A stretch of DNA of 64,000 nucleotides from assembly GCA_965209085.1 (NCBI GenBank), contig OZ242376.1, forward strand, positions 1,312,001 through 1,376,000. Direction: 5' to 3'. This document shows positions 47,403-58,106 of the stretch, one piece after another. The notes beneath the pieces are model-generated. The model ran no database searches, was not told the DNA's origin, and was given only the letters and a program-made list of their open reading frames with translations. The first letter of the stretch is position 1. Every line of letters starts with the position of its first letter. The position numbers were made by a program, and so were the translations under genes. Source of the stretch: Nitrosopumilaceae archaeon (lineage in GTDB: Archaea > Thermoproteota > Nitrososphaeria > Nitrososphaerales > Nitrosopumilaceae).

Positions 47403-48436
47403 ATTTCCGGCGATGCAAGTGTAAGTGAAAACATGTCACCATCATCATGCCACATTTTTTCTGTTTTCATTCCAGCCTGAGATAACATTAGATTGATGGA
47501 GTCAGGTGTGTATTTGAACGAATTTTCAGTGTGCAGCATTTCATCTTTTTCAAATACTGCACGTATCCCCGATTTTGGTATCCATACAGTCTGCCTTTGT
47601 TTTGATTTCAAGTACATGCCAACACGCATCTGTTTCTCATCGTATACTGCATGATGCTCAAACAGTTCTGGGTTAAAATCAGCTCCAAGCTCAGAATTTA
47701 TTCTGTACAGTATGTTTTTGTTGAATTTTGCTGTAATTCCAGAAGCATCATCGTATGCGGCATGCAAAATACTGGCATCCTTGTTTAAATCCAGTCCTAT
47801 CAAAAACAAATCCCCCTTGCGCATGCATGAGCGCACAGTACGTAAAAATTCCAACGCAGTCTCAGGATTCATGTTGCCAAGGCTGGATCCCAAAAATGCT
47901 ATCAATACAGGCATGTGATCAATATTTCCGACAAGATCCATACCCCCATAGTATGTATCAATTATCCCTTTAACGGTAATCTTTTCGTATACATCAAGCA
48001 ATGGCATGCAGTTTTCCCCTATGACACCGGATATGTCAACTGGCATGTATTCAATGTGGCGTTCACCGGCACCCATCGCATCAAGTATAATCTGTGTTTT
48101 TACCGAAGATCCGCTGCCAAGCTCTACAAGTCGCGTTGTGTTTGCAGTATATTTGGCAATCTCATTTGCATGCGTGCAGAGAATCTTAGATTCGGTGCGT
48201 GTGATATAGTATTCGTCAAGATTGCAAATTTTTTCAAACAATGCAGAGCCGGCATCATCATAAAAAAATTTCGGATCAAGGTATTTTGGCACAGACCCAA
48301 GTCCTTTTGCCACCTCGGATGCAAACGTTATTTCAGATTTTTTTGAGCTGCGTTTGAGGCATTCAAACCGTTTATCGATTATGTGGTGCTCATATTCAAG
48401 CATCTGCGCCTTGGCATCAGGTGTCAACACTTGCAA
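47399..48436 (-). CDS. egtD: L-histidine N(alpha)-methyltransferase EgtD
   Basis: PKFFYD..GS.LF, EYYITRTE, ELGSG, AYDDASG and TENSFKY motifs. Confidence 0.94.
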   Translation of the reverse strand: MQVLTPDAKAQMLEYEHHIIDKRFECLKRSSKKSEITFASEVAKGLGSVPKYLDPKFFYDDAGSALFEKICNLDEYYITRTESKILCTHANEIAKYTANTTRLVELGSGSSVKTQIILDAMGAGERHIEYMPVDISGVIGENCMPLLDVYEKITVKGIIDTYYGGMDLVGNIDHMPVLIAFLGSSLGNMNPETALEFLRTVRSCMRKGDLFLIGLDLNKDASILHAAYDDASGITAKFNKNILYRINSELGADFNPELFEHHAVYDEKQMRVGMYLKSKQRQTVWIPKSGIRAVFEKDEMLHTENSFKYTPDSINLMLSQAGMKTEKMWHDDGDMFSLTLASPEI

Positions 48437-48568
48437 GCAAAAAACACAGCATAAAATCCTATCCCATATTACAGACAGTTTTTATCCGAATTTTTAATTT
48501 GGCAGTTATTCGTAAAATACGGTGCAGTATATGGCATTCTTGATATAGTCTTGAGGCATACTGTACGT

Positions 48569-48583
48569 ATGGATGAGATTCTA
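48569..48583 (+). pseudogene. Orphaned first five codons (MDEIL) of the ABC ATPase gene, cut off by IS630
   Basis: Removing the IS plus one TA joins ATG GAT GAG ATT CTA to GTT GTT AGA AAT in frame, giving MDEILVVRNLRKHY. Confidence 0.8.
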
Positions 48584-49699
48584 TACTGACACGCAAAAGT
48601 AACTGCAATTTATGACTCTAGGCACAATGTAACCGCAAGATATTTGGATCACCTCGGGTATGAATCAATCATGAACAAAGAACATCAGGAACTGTATAAT
48701 GCAAGCAGGCATGTCAAAGACAGAAAAGAGATATCAAAAATATATCTTGTAAGCATGGTCAAATACCAAAACATATCCATAGCTAAAGCTTCTGAATTAT
48801 TGATGAAAAGCTACAACTGGGGCAAAGAATGCATGCAACGATATGACGAGCTTGGATTAGACGGTCTTAAAACCCTGCCCAAATCGGGCAGGCCTTTATT
48901 ATTATCAAATATACGATTTAAAAAAATTATTGACATGACAAGACGAGAGAACGGTTCAGTTGATCCAAAACAGGTAATGCACAACATTAAACGCAAAACC
49001 GGAGTAAAATATCACATATCAAATATCAGAAAAAGACTCCACAAATTCTCATTTGTCAGCAAGGCTCCAAAAAGAATTCATGTCAATGCAGCTCCGGCAT
49101 CAGTCTGCTACAACTGGTCGCAAAACACTAGGCGTCAAATATGCCTACTTGAAGAGCGTGGATTTGCAGTAGGCGTTCAGGATGAATGTATAATAAAATA
49201 CGATTCATTATCCGGCAAGAAACTCTGGATTGAAATAAGCAAAAATTGTTACGTAAAATCCACAGGTTCTCACAAAAAAGTTGTTGTCTTTGGAGTACTC
49301 TTATCGGATGGCAGGCAGATGTTTGCAAGCTATGATTTGTTTGATGCAAAATCATTTCTCAAGTTTTTAAAAATGGCTCATCAAAAATTTGGAAAAATTT
49401 GCATAATTACGGATAGAGCTGCACAACACAGAAAATCCAAAATTATTAAAAAATATATCTCCGAGCACAAAGATGAGGTAAAGCTTTTGTTTTTCCCTAC
49501 AAGTTCACCGTTTCTGAGTGCCGTTGAAGAATGCTGGCATCAAGCCAAACGTGCGTTGGTCGTCTCTGAATATTATGAAACATTTGAGAATATGAAATAC
49601 GCAATTTCAGAATATTTTAGAACTGTACGATTCAAAGTATCAATCATGGATTTTATTATGAGAAAAGCTGTAGATTGCGGTTACTTTTGATCCGCAGTA
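48584..49699 (+). mobile_element. IS630-family insertion sequence, TA duplicated in a CTAG target
   Basis: Imperfect TIRs TACTG-N5-CAAAAGTAACYGCAATYTA at both ends; flanks C-TA (48581-83) and TA-G (49700-02); extra internal copy GTAACCGCAA at 48629. Confidence 0.92.
48671..49690 (+). CDS. IS630 family transposase
   Basis: HTH with GRP motif; DDE triad QDE, TDRAAQH and SPFLSAVEECW; the stop lies inside the right TIR. Confidence 0.92.
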   Translation: MNKEHQELYNASRHVKDRKEISKIYLVSMVKYQNISIAKASELLMKSYNWGKECMQRYDELGLDGLKTLPKSGRPLLLSNIRFKKIIDMTRRENGSVDPKQVMHNIKRKTGVKYHISNIRKRLHKFSFVSKAPKRIHVNAAPASVCYNWSQNTRRQICLLEERGFAVGVQDECIIKYDSLSGKKLWIEISKNCYVKSTGSHKKVVVFGVLLSDGRQMFASYDLFDAKSFLKFLKMAHQKFGKICIITDRAAQHRKSKIIKKYISEHKDEVKLLFFPTSSPFLSAVEECWHQAKRALVVSEYYETFENMKYAISEYFRTVRFKVSIMDFIMRKAVDCGYF

Positions 49700-50655
49700 T
49701 AGTTGTTAGAAATCTCCGCAAACATTATGTACGAAACGGTTTTTTTGGAAAAAAACTTCCTCCAGTCAAGGCAGTTGACGGTGTTTCTTTTTCAATAAAG
49801 CCAGGAAACGTGCTTGTTTTGGCAGGAGAGTCAGGTTCGGGTAAATCCACCATAGCAAGGCTGATACTTGGGGCAGAAGAGGCCGACTATGGAACTGTCC
49901 ATTTTAGAGGAGGCATTGTAGACTATGCATCCGGGAACAGGGTTGATGAGATACGTGCAGGATGCCAGATGATCCATCAAAATCCGTACGATTCGGTAAA
50001 TCCTCGCATGCGCGTCTTGGACATTATAGCAGAACCGCTTCAAATACACCACTGGAAGGGGGATAAAAAAGACAGAGTGTTACAGGTACTGCGCAAAGTA
50101 AAGATGGAACCGGCAGAAGATATTGCAATGGTGCTTCCCCATCAGCTCTCAGGAGGTCAAAGACAGCGAATCGTGCTAGCGCGCGCCCTAGCGTTAAAAC
50201 CAAAAATTATCATTGCAGATGAGCCAGTCTCCATGCTAGATGTTTCAATACGTGCAGAGATGCTAGAGATAATGGAATCGCTTCGGCGTGATTCAAATAT
50301 TGCATTTTTGTACATTACGCACGATTTGGCCACGGCAAAATACTTTGGAGACAGCATTGCTGTCATGTACAGGGGCCGCATAGTGGAATCAGGTCCGGTG
50401 CGTGAGGTTCTTGATGATCCAAGACATCCGTACACTCGGGCACTCATAGACGCAGTATCAGATCTTGATCCGGAAAATCTGAACAGGGAAAAAACCGTCA
50501 GAATAGACGAGAAAAAATACACGGATTTGCCCGGATGTGCGTTCGCTCCAAGATGCCCGTATGCTGCAGAACAATGCTCCAACGAACCGGAACTGAACAA
50601 AGCCGGTTTTGAGAGAAAAGTTTCGTGTTTTTTTCCAATCGGGGCGAGTGATTAA
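49687..50655 (+). CDS. Oligopeptide/dipeptide ABC transporter ATP-binding protein (AppF/OppF-like), N-terminus displaced by IS630
   Basis: GESGSGKS, LSGGQRQR, ADEP and HPYT motifs; C-terminal GC.F..RC...C Fe-S tail. Confidence 0.9.
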   Translation: MIRSIVVRNLRKHYVRNGFFGKKLPPVKAVDGVSFSIKPGNVLVLAGESGSGKSTIARLILGAEEADYGTVHFRGGIVDYASGNRVDEIRAGCQMIHQNPYDSVNPRMRVLDIIAEPLQIHHWKGDKKDRVLQVLRKVKMEPAEDIAMVLPHQLSGGQRQRIVLARALALKPKIIIADEPVSMLDVSIRAEMLEIMESLRRDSNIAFLYITHDLATAKYFGDSIAVMYRGRIVESGPVREVLDDPRHPYTRALIDAVSDLDPENLNREKTVRIDEKKYTDLPGCAFAPRCPYAAEQCSNEPELNKAGFERKVSCFFPIGASD

Positions 50656-50674
50656 TAATCAGGCATACGGGTTT

Positions 50675-51178
50675 ATGTATGATTTGAGAAAAATAGCCAT
50701 TCGTAGAATGATTTTCTTGGCAATTGTAATGGTCGTGGTTGCAGGCATTATAATCTACAACTATAATATTGAACAAACAAATGCACGTGGTAAAATTTTT
50801 GGTGATGAGTTAAAATCAATACAGGACGATTTAAAAACAGAGCAAACAGATTTTGGAGCAAAGTTGTCTGCTGTACGAGCGGATAAATACACCACTGAGC
50901 AATTTTTAGTCCATGCGGATAGTCATTTTTTCATGATGCAGGATCTTGTGGACAGATACGAGTATTTGGAGCCGCCAAAACCGTACGAAACGGCCACGGA
51001 TCTTTTCAAACTCTCTACAATCTCGCAGCTTGATGGAGATCGTCAGGAAGTGCTGTTCATAACAACAGGGGATTCATCATACAAAGTGCGCGCCGATGAC
51101 CTTTATCAGGAATCATTCGAATACGAGCTTGCCGCGTTGGCAGATTACAAAAAAATGCAGAGTAGCGGGAGATCATAA
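50675..51178 (+). CDS. Hypothetical protein with N-terminal TM anchor
   Basis: ORF with the hydrophobic segment IFLAIVMVVVAGIII. Confidence 0.75.
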   Translation: MYDLRKIAIRRMIFLAIVMVVVAGIIIYNYNIEQTNARGKIFGDELKSIQDDLKTEQTDFGAKLSAVRADKYTTEQFLVHADSHFFMMQDLVDRYEYLEPPKPYETATDLFKLSTISQLDGDRQEVLFITTGDSSYKVRADDLYQESFEYELAALADYKKMQSSGRS

Positions 51179-51201
51179 ATGATTCCACATAAATCCATAT
51201 T

Positions 51202-51657
51202 TTAGAGCAATCCGTATCCGCAAAGTTTCTCAAGTACTGGTTCCAAATATGGCAATATCAATTTTTTATCTACCGGAACGGGTTTTTCAAATTTGATTGG
51301 AAACGTTATGCTGAGCATATCATGATCCGTATGCGATATGCGGATATTGTGATCCGGGTTGTCCTTGTTCACAAATGTTTTCCACATATTTATTCTTGAT
51401 GAGACTGAATCTATTTTCATCTCCAATGTGTTCAGATCTGATTCATAATCTGTGTCAAATATTCCAAATTTTACCATGGGTACCATAAGATATCCTCCAG
51501 GGACAGGAATATGTTCTTGTATTATTTGCGCAATTTCTTCGGATATATTTTGAGGATCTTTTAAGAGATATTCTGGATCAAAATATCCGGCAATTTGTTT
51601 TTTAGAATCAAATATGCGAAAATAGTCATCATCCTCATCCATAGACCATTTTGCCAT
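51202..51657 (-). CDS. Hypothetical protein
   Basis: ORF open from 51693; ATG at 51657 chosen. Confidence 0.7.
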   Translation of the reverse strand: MAKWSMDEDDDYFRIFDSKKQIAGYFDPEYLLKDPQNISEEIAQIIQEHIPVPGGYLMVPMVKFGIFDTDYESDLNTLEMKIDSVSSRINMWKTFVNKDNPDHNIRISHTDHDMLSITFPIKFEKPVPVDKKLILPYLEPVLEKLCGYGLL

Positions 51658-52163
51658 GATTAAAAATTGTACAAATGCCATATAAAAAACCATTTGGAAT
51701 GGATTTGGGCTATTGTTAATCTAATTCCCCTAAAATAATATTTTATTAATAGTCAGATCGGATTTAGCGTTATTGCTAGATCTTGATCCAATTTTACGGA
51801 TTTAAGATGGAGATTCATTCATTTTAATTTACGATGACTTGTTAATCATTATTTTGTATATCGTTAGAATGATAAACTGTTGGGGGGGAATTTAATTAGA
51901 CTTCATGCATAATGGGCCAAATTCACAATTTTTACGAATAAAAATGACTGATTTTAATGATTATGCGTAAGGTCTATTGTTAATTACCTTGATTTGATTG
52001 TATTCATGCATGAAGGATTTACGATTACAGTTATCAAGATATGGGATGCAACTCATGAAAGGAGATCGTCTAGGATGCAGATGTTACAATGTCATACGCC
52101 TTTGAGGATTACAATCGACACAGAATGGATGGACACAAATAGTTCGTATATTGTACACATGGT

Positions 52164-52442
52164 ATGTCACTTGAAAAAGATCTACAGGATTATCTAAAAT
52201 CCCAAATTGACTATTATATTGAGGAAGCAGCATCATACAAGCAAATTGCTGAAGGATATGTGCCAGAGATTGACTCTGTAACGGATACTGCCTTTGGCAT
52301 CATAACTGGCTGTACATATATTGCATTTTTGCAGGCATTTCAAACACGGGGAACATCACCATCTTCTGATGATGTAATCGAATTCAACCGCATTGTAAAG
52401 GAACGTTCTGGAGAAATTAGAAAAGCATTAAAGGACAAATAG
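52164..52442 (+). CDS. Hypothetical protein
   Basis: 92-aa ORF with protein-like composition. Confidence 0.72.
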   Translation: MSLEKDLQDYLKSQIDYYIEEAASYKQIAEGYVPEIDSVTDTAFGIITGCTYIAFLQAFQTRGTSPSSDDVIEFNRIVKERSGEIRKALKDK

Positions 52443-52687
52443 GTCACACATGTAAGCAATTCTAACACAACGGTTGTTTCCATGTTACCAATCAGCATGA
52501 TGTTTATGCAGAATTGATCTTTTGAGCATAAAGTTTTGATTTTATATGCTGTGCGAATATGATCATGGATCTTTTGATCCGTCAAAATTACTTTTTTTGT
52601 TAATTACGAAAAGTCTATTATTTTTTGTGCTGCGCAATTACCCAAGGGTAAGAATACAGTTAAATCCAATTAAAACTAGTCAAGTTT

Positions 52688-53014
52688 GTGCCAGAAATTA
52701 ACGAATTTGTAATACAGCAAATTATAGACAACGGTAAAAATGTTCAGATATCACTTGTTGAAAATGTCAACACTGAACCTATATCACAAAAACAGTTGAT
52801 CAGGGAATCGATAATTAAAAACATAGACAAAGAAACGAAAGATCAGGTCATGCCGCTGCTGGATGCAATACTTCAAGCCCAACCCACCATAAAAATAAAA
52901 TCATATCAGCATACAACCATTACAATTACAATGCCAAAAAACAGGTATGATGGCATGGGTAGACCACAAGTAGGTCAGATAATTGATGTGGACATACGTC
53001 ACACCGGCGTGTAA
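52688..53014 (+). CDS. Hypothetical protein
   Basis: 108-aa ORF converging on the next gene. Confidence 0.7.
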   Translation: MPEINEFVIQQIIDNGKNVQISLVENVNTEPISQKQLIRESIIKNIDKETKDQVMPLLDAILQAQPTIKIKSYQHTTITITMPKNRYDGMGRPQVGQIIDVDIRHTGV

Positions 53015-53016
53015 TT

Positions 53017-55047
53017 CTATTTTAAAAGATTCATAACTTGTTGAACCGTTTGTACGGGTGGTGAGCATACAAAATCCTTACATACGTATGCCAAAGGTTT
53101 TTCTCCAAATTCTTTTCCCGTAAAGAATTCATATTTTAAAAGATTCTTCAAAGTATCTACGTCAGGTATTGAAATTAAAATCGATTCTGGCAGAAATTTT
53201 GTAGATAATTTGGACAAAATATCTCCAGTAGGATTCCCCGTTACCGTTATTTCTAGAGGTTTTTGCAGATATGCGTATATCAAATTTAGCAGATATCCAA
53301 ATCCAAACGGATTTTCTGCGGCAGTCTGAGCCTGAGAATGCATTACACTCTTGGATGCTGAAAGATATTTTTCATCATGTGTTATGCGATACAGACGCAA
53401 CATTGCGCAAGATGCCACGGAATTTCCCGAAGGTGTTGAAAGATCATAATTGTTCTTTGGTCGCAAAATAAGATCATCGCATTCTTTTGAAACCATGTAA
53501 AATCCCCCTTCCCCGTCCCAAAAATGCTCTAACATTGTATCACATTCTTTTTTGGCACGCTCAAGATATCTCACATCAGGTGAGTTTTCAAACACATCAA
53601 GCAGTGCAATCGCATAGCATGCATGATCATCAAGATATGCGCCTATGCGTGCGTTGTTGTTCCTATATGTATGAAGCAGATCATCGTTGTGGTGCATTTT
53701 ATCACGGATAAATTCCAAGCATGATTGTGCAGTATGCAGGTATTTTTCTTCGTCTAAAATACGGGCACCTTTTGCCATTGCTGTAATCATCAGAGAATTC
53801 CACGATGTCAGCATTTTGTCGTCAAGTCCAGGTTTGCTTCGAGTTGATCTCACATCCAAAAGTTTTTTGGCACATCTTTGTATCACATTGTATATCTCGT
53901 TTGGTTTTCGTCCATCATGAAATGCCACAGATGAAATGTCCACATTGTTGCATAAAATTGTCTTACCTTCCCAATTCCCTCCATCAGTTACGTCATAATA
54001 AAGACAAAATGCATCAAAATCCCTGCCTGTGCCAAGTATTTCTCGAATTTCTTTTTTTGACCATACATAGTATTTTCCTTCTTCCTCGTCAGTGTCTGCA
54101 TCCTGTGTCGAATAAAAATAACCCTCAGGGGACGTCATCTCTTTTAGAGTATAGTCGAGTGTTTTTTTCATCACATCTAGATAAAAATTATCAGATGTAA
54201 TCTGATACGCCTCAGCATAGTTTACCGACAACAATGCGTTATCGTACAGCATTTTTTCAAAATGAGGTACCAGCCATCTTGCATCTGTTGAATATCTGTG
54301 AAATCCTCCACCGATTTGATCAAATATTCCACCCCTAGCCATTTTACGCAGTGTCAAAAGCGCAAAATTGGTAAATTTTGAAATGCCAGATAGTTGTCCA
54401 TACCTAAAGAGAAAAGAAATGTTGGCAGCACTTGGGAATTTTGGAGCACTGCCAAACCCACCATGCGTCATATCCCCCATTTGAAGCAGGTTCACGGCAG
54501 CCTCGTCTAGAATTGATTTTTCAACAGGTATATTTTTTGATACTATAGGTCTGCAAAGCTGTTCTACAAAAGTTTCCGCTTTTTTTACAACATCCCCATG
54601 ATTTTCCCTCCATGCTTGCGCAAGCTGTCGTGTTATGCTGCCAAAACCAGGTCTGCCATACGAATCAAGTGGTGGAAAATACGTTCCAACGTAGAACGGT
54701 TTTTTTTCAGGTGTAAGAAATACGCTAAGAGGCCAGCCACCCTGTCCTGTAACTATCTGACATGCTTTTTGGTAAATATCATCAATGTCTGGTCTCTCTT
54801 CCTTGTCCACTTTTATGCTGACAAAATTATCGTTTAAAATCTGCGCAATATCCTGATTTTCAAACGATTCGTGTGCCATGACGTGACACCAATGACACGA
54901 GCTGTACCCTATGCTCAAAAATATTGGTTTGTTTTCAGATTTTGCTTTTTCCAAGGATTCAGAATTCCACCCATACCAGTCCACGGGATTTTTCGCATGT
55001 TGTAAAAGATACGGACTAGATTCCAATCCAAGTCTATTTTCTCCCAT
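53017..55047 (-). CDS. YyaL/SSP411-type thioredoxin-domain protein
   Basis: [21 protein letters not shown] and [11 protein letters not shown] motifs. Confidence 0.93.
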   Translation of the reverse strand: MGENRLGLESSPYLLQHAKNPVDWYGWNSESLEKAKSENKPIFLSIGYSSCHWCHVMAHESFENQDIAQILNDNFVSIKVDKEERPDIDDIYQKACQIVTGQGGWPLSVFLTPEKKPFYVGTYFPPLDSYGRPGFGSITRQLAQAWRENHGDVVKKAETFVEQLCRPIVSKNIPVEKSILDEAAVNLLQMGDMTHGGFGSAPKFPSAANISFLFRYGQLSGISKFTNFALLTLRKMARGGIFDQIGGGFHRYSTDARWLVPHFEKMLYDNALLSVNYAEAYQITSDNFYLDVMKKTLDYTLKEMTSPEGYFYSTQDADTDEEEGKYYVWSKKEIREILGTGRDFDAFCLYYDVTDGGNWEGKTILCNNVDISSVAFHDGRKPNEIYNVIQRCAKKLLDVRSTRSKPGLDDKMLTSWNSLMITAMAKGARILDEEKYLHTAQSCLEFIRDKMHHNDDLLHTYRNNNARIGAYLDDHACYAIALLDVFENSPDVRYLERAKKECDTMLEHFWDGEGGFYMVSKECDDLILRPKNNYDLSTPSGNSVASCAMLRLYRITHDEKYLSASKSVMHSQAQTAAENPFGFGYLLNLIYAYLQKPLEITVTGNPTGDILSKLSTKFLPESILISIPDVDTLKNLLKYEFFTGKEFGEKPLAYVCKDFVCSPPVQTVQQVMNLLK

Positions 55048-55063
55048 TATTTTGATCGCCCCA

Positions 55064-55357
55064 TCATATCCCAGGTTTACCTTCAGAGATCTCGTATATT
55101 GCCACATTTATCTTGTTTAGCAATTTTATTTTTGATTTTTGCGCTTTTTTGTTACCATCATAGTCTTTTTTTTCCACCAAACCTTCAAGCAGTTGCAGCT
55201 GTTCAAGATTCAATGGTTTAAGTCCTTTTTTTTCCACAATGCCCAAAAGATGTATGCGTTCCTTATCTTCCTTTTTCAGCTTATAATCTGTCAAACCTAT
55301 GTGTATGATAACGGGTTTAAATGCTAATAATTGTTGCCATGTATCAGGATATTTCAT
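55064..55357 (-). CDS. Hypothetical protein
   Basis: 97-aa ORF; true start uncertain. Confidence 0.6.
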   Translation of the reverse strand: MKYPDTWQQLLAFKPVIIHIGLTDYKLKKEDKERIHLLGIVEKKGLKPLNLEQLQLLEGLVEKKDYDGNKKAQKSKIKLLNKINVAIYEISEGKPGI

Positions 55358-55430
55358 CTAGGCGGCCAATATGCGTGTTTGAGACAAAAATCTAAAAATA
55401 TCGGCAGTAAAGAGTAGGTATATGGTAAAT

Positions 55431-56453
55431 ATGCGTGCAATGGTGCTCTCAAAGCTTGGACCCATAGAAGAGTCCCCATTAAAGATGACCCAGATAGAAA
55501 GGCACGAGATAAAAGATCCGGACGAGATTTTATTAAAAATAGAAGCCTGCGGAGTGTGTCGCTCACAGCTTCACGGCATAGAAGGTGATTGGAAAGATCA
55601 TGGAATACCGCCGGGGCTTCCCACGATTCCAGGTCATGAGATAGTCGGTTCCGTGGTAGAGATTGGGGAAAAAGTCACAAAGTTTCAGACAGGCGATCGC
55701 GCAGGAGTCTCGCCACTTTTAAAATCATGCAGGGTATGCGATTATTGTAAAAAAGGCAAAGAGCAATTGTGCGAATCCATGGAGATACTTGGTGAAACGC
55801 TAAAGGGAGGATATGCCGAGTACGTCACAGTTTCTGAGGATTTTGCCACAAAGATTCCCTCTGAAATGAAATCAGAATACGCTGCACCTCTCTTTTGTGC
55901 AGGAGTTACAGCATACGGTTCTATAAGGGCAAGCGAACCGGCACCTGGAAGAAAAATCGGGATATTCGGTATAGGTGGCGTAGGTCACATGGCAGTACAG
56001 TTTGGAAAACTGGAAAAATTGGAAATGGTTGCAGTTTCTAGAAATCAAAAACATTTAGATCTTGCAAAAAGACTTGGTGCTGTACATACGGTATCGTATT
56101 CGGATGCGGCGACAACTTTGGACGAGATAAGATCAAAAACAGGACTGCTTGATGCCGCGATAGTTTTTGCCCCGTCAGACGATGTTACAGAGCTTGCCAT
56201 AAACTCTGTAAAAAAAGGAGGGCTTGTTGTAATTGCCACCGTGGGAGAAATAAAAGGGTTCATTGCATTTGATGAGAAAACCATACGCGGCACGGTAATA
56301 GGATCACCTAAAGACATGGAAGAAGTCATAAGAATTGCACATGAAAATGATATAGAGGTGGTATACGAGACGTATCCTCTTGAAAAAGCAAATGAAGTTT
56401 TGTTAAAACTTAAAAACTCCCAAATTGAGGCAAGAGCGGTTCTTATTCCGTAA
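55431..56453 (+). CDS. Zinc-dependent alcohol dehydrogenase family protein
   Basis: CGVCRS, PGHEIVG, CRVCDYC...C and GIGGVG motifs. Confidence 0.93.
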   Translation: MRAMVLSKLGPIEESPLKMTQIERHEIKDPDEILLKIEACGVCRSQLHGIEGDWKDHGIPPGLPTIPGHEIVGSVVEIGEKVTKFQTGDRAGVSPLLKSCRVCDYCKKGKEQLCESMEILGETLKGGYAEYVTVSEDFATKIPSEMKSEYAAPLFCAGVTAYGSIRASEPAPGRKIGIFGIGGVGHMAVQFGKLEKLEMVAVSRNQKHLDLAKRLGAVHTVSYSDAATTLDEIRSKTGLLDAAIVFAPSDDVTELAINSVKKGGLVVIATVGEIKGFIAFDEKTIRGTVIGSPKDMEEVIRIAHENDIEVVYETYPLEKANEVLLKLKNSQIEARAVLIP

Positions 56454-56502
56454 AATTATTCAGATCCCCCATGGTGGCCTTTTCGCTTAAATATCCGTAC
56501 AC

Positions 56503-56667
56503 ATGCATACATTCGTGCTTTGTAACAAATGTCATCACGCAGATTTAATTCATGCACCTCCAAAAAACACCAATGAGCCGTTTAATCGTGGAACATGCGG
56601 CGTTCCAGGATGTGCATGTTCATCTTATGTAGATGCAATATCCAAGATAGATGAAGACCTTCTCTGA
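56503..56667 (+). CDS. Small Cys/His-rich putative zinc-binding protein (50-54 aa)
   Basis: Manual translation MHTFVLCNKCHHADLIH...GTCGVPGCACSSYVDAISKIDEDLL; alternative start GTG56515. Confidence 0.65.
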   Translation: MHTFVLCNKCHHADLIHAPPKNTNEPFNRGTCGVPGCACSSYVDAISKIDEDLL

Positions 56668-56700
56668 TAATTCATATACCAGGAATTCGATCATAATGTT

Positions 56701-56955
56701 ATGGGGAAACACGTTCCTGTAACCACTGCATTGGCACATCTTGATGCACTGATTTCAAAAATGAACGCACTAGAGGCCAATTCATCGAATGAAAAATATG
56801 CCGATCTTTTTGGTGCCGTCAGGATTCTAGCCGAAGGGCAAAAAAACTCCCTAGTAGAGACGGACCATTTGAAAAAAGCCATAGATCTGCTAACGTTGGA
56901 GCTTTTCAAGGTAAATTCCAGGCTCAATTCTGGCGAGAAAACGGCAAATCGGTAA
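56701..56955 (+). CDS. Hypothetical protein
   Basis: 84-aa helical ORF. Confidence 0.7.
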   Translation: MGKHVPVTTALAHLDALISKMNALEANSSNEKYADLFGAVRILAEGQKNSLVETDHLKKAIDLLTLELFKVNSRLNSGEKTANR

Positions 56956-56989
56956 AGTGTTAAATTCTGCCGTATGTGATGCGTGATAA

Positions 56990-57346
56990 ATGTCCGATCC
57001 TCATAACTATCGAAAGGCGGGTTACTCCATGATTGTTGTATCAGCCTCTTTGGTAATCATAGCCTTGATTGGTCTTGCCATAGGTGGTGATGTCCTGTAT
57101 GGAGACAATATTCAAAGGGATAAGACGGCTCATTTTGAGGAATGCCTCAAAACTGATTTTATAGCAGAAAGCTGTCAGCCATACATGGTGCACATGAAAT
57201 ATGAACAGTGTGTGGCAGAAAAAAATCTAGACGATCCGGAGTGCTTTAGATACAGGACATGGGTAGAGTCTGCAATATTTGAAGAATGCCGCGCAAACAA
57301 TGACACGACAAGCATGTTATGTCTAAAATATGACGGAAGATACTAG
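56990..57346 (+). CDS. Membrane-anchored protein with three Cys-pair repeats
   Basis: N-terminal TM; [FY]E[EQ]C-x9/10-C-x2-Y three times. Confidence 0.75.
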   Translation: MSDPHNYRKAGYSMIVVSASLVIIALIGLAIGGDVLYGDNIQRDKTAHFEECLKTDFIAESCQPYMVHMKYEQCVAEKNLDDPECFRYRTWVESAIFEECRANNDTTSMLCLKYDGRY

Positions 57347-58038
57347 TTTCCATTCAGATAATCTTCCCAATAGTTTGAGCCTTTTGTAAGTTTGTTCATC
57401 GAATAAAGTGATCCTCCCACTATTCCGGCATGATAAAACGTATAAAGATAGATAACGGAATTTGTCGGATCACTTTGTGTAAGGGTTAGAAACATCATCA
57501 TGAAAAAAATAAATGATCCTGCCAGTGTAAATATGTTTGAAAACATCCCCCGCATCCCGACAACGCGGCGTGTGGCAGCTGCCATCAAAGATATGCTGGA
57601 TATTATCAGGAAAACTGCCCCTCCGTTGTTTGTGACGTAATCGTATGTCCAGTTTACAAGACCAACTTCCAATATTCCGGATATTGGCGATATGCTTCCT
57701 CCATTTATTGCAAAACTTACAGAACTGAACATACTTCCAATAACAAACAAAAACAGAAAAATCTTCGATATTGAGCGTTTGAGTTGACTGCGGGTTTCGC
57801 TAGGATTAGTGGCCTGATCCGTTATGCGTTTTCCATACATGAATCCCAAACCAATTGCGGGAATAAACATTATCGATATCAACGTGGTTGATTCCTGGTT
57901 TATGCTCTCAATATATGGATAAAATACAAAAAATGTCAAAACAGCCGCTGCAAAGGATCCCCCAAATATTATCAGATTTGTGTACCTGCCGCCGGATTTT
58001 TGCTGGCTTTCGTCCCATTCAAACATAATACTAGTCAC
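57343..58038 (-). CDS. Polytopic membrane protein
   Basis: About 6 hydrophobic segments. Confidence 0.78.
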   Translation of the reverse strand: MTSIMFEWDESQQKSGGRYTNLIIFGGSFAAAVLTFFVFYPYIESINQESTTLISIMFIPAIGLGFMYGKRITDQATNPSETRSQLKRSISKIFLFLFVIGSMFSSVSFAINGGSISPISGILEVGLVNWTYDYVTNNGGAVFLIISSISLMAAATRRVVGMRGMFSNIFTLAGSFIFFMMMFLTLTQSDPTNSVIYLYTFYHAGIVGGSLYSMNKLTKGSNYWEDYLNGN

Positions 58039-58106
58039 ATAATCAGATTAAAGAAAAGGACAGAAAATCATTTGCCTAAATTATCAACTCTCTTTTACGC
58101 CACGCA

